From NCBI GenBank assembly GCA_963708025.1, contig CAVPSB010000013.1:643564-707563 (forward strand): 64,000 nt of DNA. The letters are read 5' to 3'. The translations under genes and the position numbers were made by a program. How positions within the stretch are numbered: position 1 is the first letter of the stretch; every line of letters begins with the position of its first letter. The DNA is from an uncultured Candidatus Rokubacteria bacterium. GTDB taxonomy: Bacteria > Methylomirabilota > Methylomirabilia > Rokubacteriales > DASRDR01. The notes beneath the pieces were generated by a model. It saw only the letters and a list, made by a program, of their open reading frames with translations. It had not been told where the DNA came from and did no database searches. Below, in pieces: positions 56,430-64,000 of the stretch.

Positions 56430-57926
56430 TCAGCCGCCGAGCGCTTCCCGCCGCCGGCGGGCGGCCGGCACCGCCACCACGAGCAGGATGAGGACGGTGG
56501 CGACGATGAACCCCAGGCTGATCGGCCGGGTGACGAACACCGAGGGGTCGCCCCGCGACACCAGCATCGCCCGCCGCAGGTTCTCCTCCATCATCGGCCC
56601 CAGCACGAACCCGAGCAGCAGCGGCGCCGGCGGGCAGCCGAGCTTCAGCCACACGAAGCCGACGACGCCGAAGAACGCCGCCAGGTACACCTCGAACGCG
56701 CTGTTGTTCAGGCTGTAGACCCCGATGACCGAGAACACCATGATGGCCGGGAACAGCAGCCGGTACGGCACCCGGAGCAGGCTGACCCAGAGGCCGATCA
56801 GCGGCAGGTTCAGCACCACCAGCATGAGGTTGCCGATCCACATGCTGGCGATGAGCCCCCAGAAGAGATCCGGCTTCTGGGTCATGACCTGGGGGCCCGG
56901 CGCGATGCCGTGGATGGTCAGCGCGCCGAGCATCAGCGCCATCACCCCGCTGGCCGGCAGCCCCAGCGTGAGCATCGGGATGAACTTGCACTGGGCGTCC
57001 GCGTTGTTGGCGGACTCCGGTCCCGCCACCCCCTCGATCGCGCCCCGGCCGAACCGCGAGGGGTCGCGGGCGATCCTCTTCTCGACGACGTAGGACGCGA
57101 ACGAGGCGATGGCCGGCCCGGTGCCGGGGAGCACGCCGAAGAACGCCCCGATGCCGGTGCCCCGCAGGATGGGGCCGATCGACCGCCGCAGGTCCTCCCG
57201 GGTGGGGAAGAGGCTGGTCACCCGCGAGGTGAAGACCTGGCGCTCGCCCGGCTCGCCGAGGTTGGCCACGATCTCGCCGACCGCGAACACGCCCACCGCG
57301 ACCACCACGAAGCCGATGCCGTCGGTCAACTCGGTGACGCCGAAGGTGAAGCGCTTGAGCCCGGTGTTGACGTCGGTCCCCACGATCCCGAGCAGCAGCC
57401 CGAGGGCCACCATCGCCAGCGACTTGACCATGTCGCCCTGGGCGAGCACCGCCGCCGCCACCAGGCCCATCAGCATCAGCGAGAAGTAGTCGGCGGCGGC
57501 GAACTTCAGCGCCAGCTCGGCCAGCGGCGGGCCGAAGAGCGCGATCAGCAGCGTGCACACGCTGCCCGCGAAGAACGAGCCGATGGCCGCGATCGCCAGC
57601 GCCGGCCCCGCCCGGCCCTGGCGCGCCATCTGGTAGCCGTCGAGGCAGGTGACCACCGCCGAGGTCTCGCCGGGGAGGTTGACCAGGATGGCGGTGGTCG
57701 AGCCGCCGTACTGGGCGCCGTAGTAGATGCCGGCCAGCATGATCAGCGCCGCGACCGGCGAGACGTTGAAGGTGAGCGGCAGCAGCATCGCGATGGTCGC
57801 CAGCGGCCCGATGCCGGGCAGCACGCCGATCAGGGTGCCCACCAGCACGCCGATGAAGCAGTAGAGCAGGTTCTGGAGCGAGAAGGCGACCGCGAAGCCG
57901 AAGACCAGGTGGCCGAACAGCTCCAT
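56430..57926 (-). CDS. tctA: tripartite tricarboxylate transporter TctA (second copy)
   Basis: GVLPGIGP, YYGAQYGGSTTAILVNLPGE, AGPESANNA. Confidence 0.95.
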   Translation of the reverse strand: MELFGHLVFGFAVAFSLQNLLYCFIGVLVGTLIGVLPGIGPLATIAMLLPLTFNVSPVAALIMLAGIYYGAQYGGSTTAILVNLPGETSAVVTCLDGYQMARQGRAGPALAIAAIGSFFAGSVCTLLIALFGPPLAELALKFAAADYFSLMLMGLVAAAVLAQGDMVKSLAMVALGLLLGIVGTDVNTGLKRFTFGVTELTDGIGFVVVAVGVFAVGEIVANLGEPGERQVFTSRVTSLFPTREDLRRSIGPILRGTGIGAFFGVLPGTGPAIASFASYVVEKRIARDPSRFGRGAIEGVAGPESANNADAQCKFIPMLTLGLPASGVMALMLGALTIHGIAPGPQVMTQKPDLFWGLIASMWIGNLMLVVLNLPLIGLWVSLLRVPYRLLFPAIMVFSVIGVYSLNNSAFEVYLAAFFGVVGFVWLKLGCPPAPLLLGFVLGPMMEENLRRAMLVSRGDPSVFVTRPISLGFIVATVLILLVVAVPAARRRREALGG

Positions 57927-57936
57927 GCCGGCCGCG

Positions 57937-58386
57937 TCAGAAGCCCCGGATCAGGGGGTAGGGCAGGCCGAGGGCCCAGACGAACACGGCCGCCGAGAGG
58001 GCGGTCAGCGCCACGGTCAGGAGGAGGACCTCGCCGAGCCGGAACTCCCGGCCGGCGGCCGCCGACCCGAGGACGAGCGCCGCCAGCGCCGGGACGAAGC
58101 CGGCCCGCTCCACGAGGAGCCCGAACAGGACCATGGCGAGCGGCAGGAGGACGAGGGCCCGCGGCGACCAGCCCCCCGCGATCGCCTGGCCGCCGCCCCG
58201 CAGCCCGCGGATCGCGATGTGGAGGCCGAAGAGGACCAGGATCCCGCCGAGGACGCGCGGGAGGAAGCCGGGGCCCATGCGCAGCACGGTGCCGAACGGG
58301 TACTCCCGGGCGAGGACGAGCGCGGCGGCCCCGGTCCCGAGCAGCAGCAGGCCGGCCCAGAGATCCTGGCGGCTCCGCGCCTCCAC
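57937..58386 (-). CDS. tctB: TctB (second copy)
   Basis: YPFGT..RMGPGFLP, four TM segments, LGLP. Confidence 0.88.
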   Translation of the reverse strand: MEARSRQDLWAGLLLLGTGAAALVLAREYPFGTVLRMGPGFLPRVLGGILVLFGLHIAIRGLRGGGQAIAGGWSPRALVLLPLAMVLFGLLVERAGFVPALAALVLGSAAAGREFRLGEVLLLTVALTALSAAVFVWALGLPYPLIRGF

Positions 58387-58403
58387 GTCGCCCGTCCGCC
58401 GCC

Positions 58404-59372
58404 CTACTCCGCCTTGATGCCGGCCTCCTTCACGACCCGCGTCCACTTGGTCGTCTCGGCCGCGATGAAGGCGCCGAACTCGGCCGGGCTCATGTGGACG
58501 ACCTCCGCGCCCTCGTCGAGGAACCGCTTCTGGGTCTCCGCGGAGGCCAGGATCCCCGAGAGCTCCTTGTGCAGGCGCTCGACGATCGCCGGGGGCGTGC
58601 CGGCCGGGGCGGCGATGCCCCACCAGTTGTTCGCCTCGTACCCGGGCACGCCGGACTCCGCGATCGTCGGCACCTCGGGCAGGACGGGGCTCCGCTTCGA
58701 TCCGCCGACGCCCAGCACCCGGAGCTTGCCGGAGCGGATGTGGGGCAGCGCCTGGATGAGCGAGCCGATCAGGACCTGGGTGTGGCCCCCGACCACGTCG
58801 ATCATGGCGGGGCCCCCGCCCTTGAACTGCACGCCGACGATGTCCACCCCGGCCATGATGCGGAAGAGCTCGCTCCCGAGATGCTGGAAGCTGCCGACGC
58901 CGGCCGCCGCGTAGTTGAGCTGGCCGGGCTTCTCCTTGGCGAGCGCGATCAGCTCCTTGGCCGACTTGATCGGAAGCCCCGGGTACACGCAGAGCGCGTT
59001 CGGCCCGGTCGCCAGGATCGCCACCGGGACGATGGCCTTGGCCGGGTCGTACGGCAGCTTGTAGAGGGACGGGTTGATGGCATAGGCGGACGAGATGAGC
59101 AGCAGCGTGTAGCCGTCGGGCGGCGACTTCGCGGCGACCTCGGTGCCGAGGACGCCACCGGCGCCGCCCCGGTTGTCCACGATCACCTGCTTGCCCAGCC
59201 GCTCGGCGAGCTGCGCCCCGATCGTGCGCCCGACGATGTCGTTGCTCCCGCCCGGGGGGAACGGGATGACGAGCCGCACCGGCTTGCTCGGGTACACGTC
59301 GGCCGCTGCCGCGGTCGTGGCGAGCACCAGCCCGAGGGCGAAGGCCGCGAGGAGCGATCGCAGGGTCGACAT
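58404..59372 (-). CDS. tctC: TctC/Bug substrate-binding protein (second copy)
   Basis: YPSKPVRLVIPFPPGGSND, DNRGGAGG, PPDGYTL, FKGGGPA. Confidence 0.93.
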   Translation of the reverse strand: MSTLRSLLAAFALGLVLATTAAAADVYPSKPVRLVIPFPPGGSNDIVGRTIGAQLAERLGKQVIVDNRGGAGGVLGTEVAAKSPPDGYTLLLISSAYAINPSLYKLPYDPAKAIVPVAILATGPNALCVYPGLPIKSAKELIALAKEKPGQLNYAAAGVGSFQHLGSELFRIMAGVDIVGVQFKGGGPAMIDVVGGHTQVLIGSLIQALPHIRSGKLRVLGVGGSKRSPVLPEVPTIAESGVPGYEANNWWGIAAPAGTPPAIVERLHKELSGILASAETQKRFLDEGAEVVHMSPAEFGAFIAAETTKWTRVVKEAGIKAE

Positions 59373-59448
59373 GGGCACCTCCCTCGTGTGGAGTCCAGCT
59401 TCGAGTGCCCGCATCCTAGCACGCCGCGCCGCTCTATAATGAGCGGCC

Positions 59449-60474
59449 ATGGGCGGAGTCCTCACCACCGTCGTCGGCAGCTACCCCCAGCCCGACTGGC
59501 TCGTGGACAAGGAGCGGCTCCAGGCCACCGGCGTGCCCCGCGTCCGCCTGCGGGAGGTCTGGCGGGTCGCCGACCCCTGGCTGGCGGAGGCCCAGGACGA
59601 CGCCGTGCGCCTCGCCGTCCACGACATGGAGTCCGGGCCGGCATCGACGTCGTGACCGACGGCGAGCAGCGGCGCGAGTCCTACTTCAACCAGTTCGCCA
59701 CCGCGCTGGAGGGGCTCGACCTCGAGCGGCCGGGGACGGCGATCAGCCGGCTCGGCCAGCCCACCCCGGTGCCGCGCGTGGTCGGCCCCATCCGCCGCGC
59801 CCGGCCGGTGCTCCTCGCGCGACGCGGCCTTCCTGCGGGCGGCGACCGACCGCCGGATCAAGGTGACCGTGCCCGGGCCCTTCACCCTCGCCCGGCTCGC
59901 CCAGGACGAGCACTACCGGGACGAGGCGGGCCTGGCCCTCGCCTACGCGGCGGCGGTGAACGAGGAGCTGCGCGAGCTGGAGCCCCTGGTGGACGTCCTC
60001 CAGCTCGACGAGCCGTACCTCCAGGCCCAGCCCGACCGGGCCCGCGCCTACGCGATCCCGGCCATCGACCGCGCCCTGGCCGGGCTCGTCAAGCCCACCT
60101 GCGTCCACCTCTGCTTCGGCTACGCGCAGTCCCACGCGCTGGCCGGGACGACCAAGCCCAGCGGCTACTCGTTCCTGCCCGAGCTCGAGCGCTGCGCGGC
60201 CGGCCAGGTGTCGATCGAGGCGGCCCAGCCGAGGCTCGACCTGGCGGTGCTCGAGTCGCTGCCGTCGAAGACCATCGTGCTCGGGCTGCTCGACCTGGGC
60301 GATCCCACGCCGGAGACGCCGGACCTCGTCGCCCGGCGGCTCGAGGCCGCGCTCCGCCACCTGCCGGCCGAGCGGCTCGTCGCCGCGCCCGACTGCGGGA
60401 TGAAGTACCTCCCGCGCCCGGTCGCCTTCGCCAAGCTCCGGGCCCTGGCCGAGGGGGCGCGCCGGGTCGCCTGA
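59449..60474 (+). CDS. cobalamin-independent methionine synthase II family protein (frameshifts near 59630 and 59815)
   Basis: TTVVGSYP.P, G.DVVTDGE.RRESY, PGPFT, QLDEP, HLCFG, APDCG zinc ligands. Confidence 0.88.
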
Positions 60475-60567
60475 GCCAGCCGCCCGCCCGGCTCCCCGGG
60501 GCGGGTCGGATGCTGCCCCCGGGTCTCACGCGGGCACCCGGCCGGGGTCTCAGGAAGCGAGGGGACC

Positions 60568-60976
60568 ATGCCGGACGACATCCTGACCGAAGAGGGCTTC
60601 CTGGTCCTGGCGGACATCTCGGGGTTCACCGCGTTCGTCACCGCCACCGAGCTGGAGCACGGGGCGCAGGTCACCGGCGCCCTGCTGGAGACCGTGATGG
60701 ACCGGCTGTCACCCCCGCTCGAGATCCAGGAGCTCGAGGGCGATGCCGTGTTCGCCCTCGGGCCCGATCGGACGATCCCCGACGGGAGCGCGCTGCCGAC
60801 CCTGATGGAGAGCGCGTTCGCGGCCTTCAGGGAGGAGCGGGACCGACTGGCCGACGACGACGGCTGCGGGTGCCGGGCCTGCAGCGACACCGCGCGGCTG
60901 AGCCTGAGGTGATCGCCCATCACGGGCGCTTCGCCCGGCAGCTCGTCGGCGGACGGCCCCGGGTCACCGGACCCGA
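60568..60976 (+). pseudogene. DUF2652-like (cyclase-fold) protein, frameshifted and truncated
   Basis: LADISGFT.F, ELEH, EGDAVF, CGCRAC, then IAHHG..GPD in another frame and an abrupt switch to lower-GC DNA. Confidence 0.7.
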
Positions 60977-60986
60977 CTCCGACACA

Positions 60987-61307
60987 CTACCCCGCAGACT
61001 TCACGAACCCGAAGTCCTTCGGCTCCGGCGCCCTCTTCATCCTCCGAAACACTCGTGCCCCTCTCATCCACTCCCAGCGCACAAGATAAATGAACCTAGG
61101 TTCCTTCATGCTGAAGGCGATCATGTCACCATCGGGTCGATACAGCGCATCAAAGAGAAGCCAGATACCAATGCCGGGGGTCTCCCCGACCACTTTCCCG
61201 TAGGCTACCCAGTCACCAGTCGAATCGACCTCTGGACTTGGTTGGAGAAACTGTCTTGCCACATCGTCCGAGATCCAGATCGCGAGGTACTGTCCCTTCA
61301 GTTGCAT
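60987..61307 (-). CDS. hypothetical protein (lower GC)
   Basis: AAGGAGG RBS and ATG; 106-aa protein-like sequence without known motif. Confidence 0.55.
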   Translation of the reverse strand: MQLKGQYLAIWISDDVARQFLQPSPEVDSTGDWVAYGKVVGETPGIGIWLLFDALYRPDGDMIAFSMKEPRFIYLVRWEWMRGARVFRRMKRAPEPKDFGFVKSAG

Positions 61308-62545
61308 AGCTTCCTCCTTCCGCGCCCTGCGGTGCAGTTTCCACCGAGTCGAGCGCCCCATCTCCGCGACCAAGACCAGGCGAAGAGTGCGCCAATCGCA
61401 GTCGCGACGCCAGCTTCGCCTTGCGGGGCCCTTCACTCTGTGTCATTCTACCAGTTACACTTTCCTCTCGGTGGCTCCCCCCAGAGCACCGTGTTCCAAG
61501 GCTGTCGCGTACGTGTGGCGACCTGAGAATCACGCATGTTCGTAAGGGAATCGCCACGGAAGGGACCCTCATTGAGTCGAGCGTTTCCTTGTCGTCCCGC
61601 TTCATCGGGGCGGGACTGCCACCGATCCGGATCCGATGCGCTCAGCGGTACCTACCCGCTACGCCCCGACGGTCGAGCGGGCCGAAAAGCCGAGCGTGTC
61701 GCAACGATCGATGGGTGGGAAGAGGTCGGGCAGGAGGGGCTGCAGTAGAACTCCCTCGCCGGGACAAACGATATCGGCGCCTGCCCTCCCCCAAGGCCAC
61801 CCCTTCAACGACCACGTAGTACACCTAGGTAGCGCCCGATGGCCGACAAGTCAATCCGTCTGTAGATAGATTCCTTCTCATAGAGCGACCGCTCGCGAGT
61901 CCTCAGTCGCCGGCGGCCCGGCGACGGCCACGGTGACCTGCTAAGATCTCACGCTGGCTCTTTTGCGGAGGCATGGAACCTACCGGTGGACCGAGTTCCC
62001 AACGTTGAAAAGGACCTTCGAGCGATGCGACGAGATCGGCAAGAGAGGCTTAGCTGGTGTAAAGGCTCGGCGGGAGGGGATCAGGACAAACCGCTGGCCG
62101 GAGGAGGCGACTGGACCTACCTTCGGAACAAACCGCCCACTGGTCTCCGTGCGCGGTCTTGGGCGAAGGACAACCCGCTCGCCGAGTTGACTGTCGTTCT
62201 TACCAGCGGGTCGTAACGTCTCCCTATGGAGACGCCCGTCATATTCCACTCAACAAAGGCGCCGCCGCCTCGCGGCTGTTCGCACCTGAGCGAGGCGCAT
62301 CTCGGTCGACAGGGGAACCCGTTTTCGCTTAGTATGGACCGGCGACTTAGCCCCGATCCGAAACAAGCTCACGTATGGAACCTCGCCCCAGCGGCACGCC
62401 GTCAGGTTGGGCAATGCGTCGCTCGGCAGCCATTAGCCGCCACTAATCGTGGCGGATGGGGAATGCGAGCAGTCTGGAGCCTTGCCGCTACTGACGGGCT
62501 GATTTCCGGAACGGCGGCAACGGGAATTTCGGATCGGGGTTAGCA

Positions 62546-64000
62546 CTACTGTGTCACAAACGTCCGACGGCCTCAGGTTCGTGACCGCAGGACAGGCACG
62601 GCGTGTCCACCAGGAGGGCGCGGCCGTGGAGCCGATACAGCGTCGCGATGGACGTGGGGACATGGCGTTCAGGCCGCACCGGGAGCGCCCCGCGGCGTGA
62701 AACCCTTGGGTACGCGAGCGGACCGGAGGAAGGACAGAGGCTCAGGGGGGGATAGCCGCGCGCGTTCGGCCGCCAGGAAGGCATAGGCCGCAATGCCTAA
62801 CGAGCCATGGTGATGGAAGCCGCGCCAGCCGCGCCCTTCGAAGTGGTCGAGGCCGAACTCGTCCTTGAGTTCTTGATAGTCCCGCTCGATGCGCCAGCGC
62901 AGATGCGCCAGGCGGACGAGATCGGCGAGGGACGTCGAGGCCGGCAGGGTCGACAGGTAGTACTTCGTCGGGGCCGGTTCGTTCAGCGGCCACTCGCTCA
63001 GGAGCCACTCGACGGGGCGGGGCTCGGCCCGGGCCCGAGCGGGAGCGGGCCGGATTCGGAGGGCCACGAAGTGGGCGCGCATACTGCCCCGGGTCCCCTC
63101 GCGCCAGGTCACGGTGGACCAGGCCGAGGACGGCAAGCGGCCCACCAGCGTCGCGAGCCGGATCGAGGGCTGGCGGGCGGGACCGCGCCGATGCCTCGGC
63201 GGGCGACCACGCCGTGGGCGCGGCGGAGTGTAGCCCGGGGGCCACACCTGGGTGTCTTCGCGGACGCCAAGGACATACGGGATCTGCAGGGCCGTGAGGG
63301 CGGCGCGGAACTCGAGGATGACGCCGTAGGCCGCATCGGCAACCACCGGGGCGAGGGACACGCCCTCGCTGTACAGGGCGCGGATCTGCTCCAACGCGAT
63401 CTGCCACTTGGGGCGGAACGCCACCGTGGTCGGGACCCCGACGGTCCGGCGTCGCGTCCGGTCCCGCGCCCAGCTCTCCGGCAGGTACAACTGGTAGGCC
63501 GCCGGCACGCTCACGGCCTCGTTCGCCAGCGTGACGGTCACCGCCACCTGACAGTTCGCTTGCTTGCCCAAGGCGCCGCAGTACTGATGGGCGACGCCCA
63601 CCGAGTGCTGGCCCTTCTTGGGAAACGCCGTGTCATCCACGAGCCACGCCGCCACCGGCCCATGACGCTCCATCTCCGCCAGGACCAGCTCGCGGGCGAG
63701 CCGGAGCACCGCCGTATCCGCCCACGGGGCGTTGGCCACCAAGTGATGCATCGACTGGTGCCGGGCCCGCACGTGCCGTGGGTCGATCCGTGCGGCCATC
63801 GGCTCGATGCTCTTCCGGTCGCCCGGCAGACACAGTCCCGTCAGATAGGCGCGCAGCGGCTCGCGCCGATCCTCGTGCCCGAGGGCACGCGCCAACCGGT
63901 CGAGATACTCGCGGAATCGCCGTTCGCGGGCATCGGACGTCTGGGTCACCATGTCCCGATGCTGGCATGGTACCTTCAGAACGCTCTAACTTTTGTGACA
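62546..64000 (-). mobile_element. IS701 family insertion sequence (right end cut by window edge)
   Basis: CTACTGTGTCACAAA at 62546; the last 9 nt of the window (TTTGTGACA) are its inverted match; encloses the transposase. Confidence 0.85.
62669..63952 (-). CDS. IS701 family DDE transposase
   Basis: RKSIEPMA, VDDTAFPKKG.HSVGV..QYCG..GK.ANCQ, VADAAYG, RWRIERDYQELK..GLDHFEGR.WRGFHHH. Confidence 0.95.
   Translation of the reverse strand: MVTQTSDARERRFREYLDRLARALGHEDRREPLRAYLTGLCLPGDRKSIEPMAARIDPRHVRARHQSMHHLVANAPWADTAVLRLARELVLAEMERHGPVAAWLVDDTAFPKKGQHSVGVAHQYCGALGKQANCQVAVTVTLANEAVSVPAAYQLYLPESWARDRTRRRTVGVPTTVAFRPKWQIALEQIRALYSEGVSLAPVVADAAYGVILEFRAALTALQIPYVLGVREDTQVWPPGYTPPRPRRGRPPRHRRGPARQPSIRLATLVGRLPSSAWSTVTWREGTRGSMRAHFVALRIRPAPARARAEPRPVEWLLSEWPLNEPAPTKYYLSTLPASTSLADLVRLAHLRWRIERDYQELKDEFGLDHFEGRGWRGFHHHGSLGIAAYAFLAAERARLSPPEPLSFLRSARVPKGFTPRGAPGAA

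Noticed and set aside
60910-60912. TGA in the DUF2652-like gene as a second Sec codon
   Set aside because: Homology continues in a different frame (IAHHG), so it is a frameshift, and it is not a Cys position
56910-61526. Very long ORFs such as 1538 aa (also 10382-13324, 35301-37922, 49311-52727)
   Set aside because: Antisense or off-frame shadows of real genes in GC-rich DNA; rich in R/G/P/A with no motifs, apart from short frameshifted pieces already assigned
61310-62545. Short ORFs in the lower-GC region
   Set aside because: No RBS, motif or codon-bias support; treated as degenerate sequence
1-64000. tRNA (including tRNA-Sec), rRNA and sel genes
   Set aside because: No cloverleaf with a T-loop and anticodon arm, no rRNA-like tract and no selA/B/D found by eye; Sec machinery would have to be elsewhere

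Overview
Very GC-rich bacterial chromosome segment, densely coding. The gene mix (ABC_sub_bind and family-5 solute-binding proteins, two TctABC transporters, Liv-type ABC parts, Gfo/Idh/MocA, LLM, cyclase and amidohydrolase enzymes, a zinc-ribbon/cyclase/AAA/TPR protein) resembles Rokubacteria/Methylomirabilota genomes; that assignment is inference only. About a dozen genes carry single indels, which looks like long-read consensus error. Top finding: an OsmC/Ohr-like gene (20476-20985) whose first conserved Cys codon is an in-frame TGA followed by a SECIS-like hairpin, i.e. a probable selenoprotein that the ORF track splits in two. Also notable: a ThDP enzyme resembling cyanobacterial 2-oxoglutarate decarboxylase beside an NAD-type isocitrate dehydrogenase; a two-copy structured intergenic element with conserved ends but different cores; a LivM-SBP in-frame fusion with an internal RBS; a shattered vanadium haloperoxidase gene; a minimal PEP-utilising dikinase with an atypical M24 hydrolase; mazEF plus an antitoxin with a truncated toxin; and an IS701 at the right edge. 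No rRNA, tRNA or CRISPR array was found.
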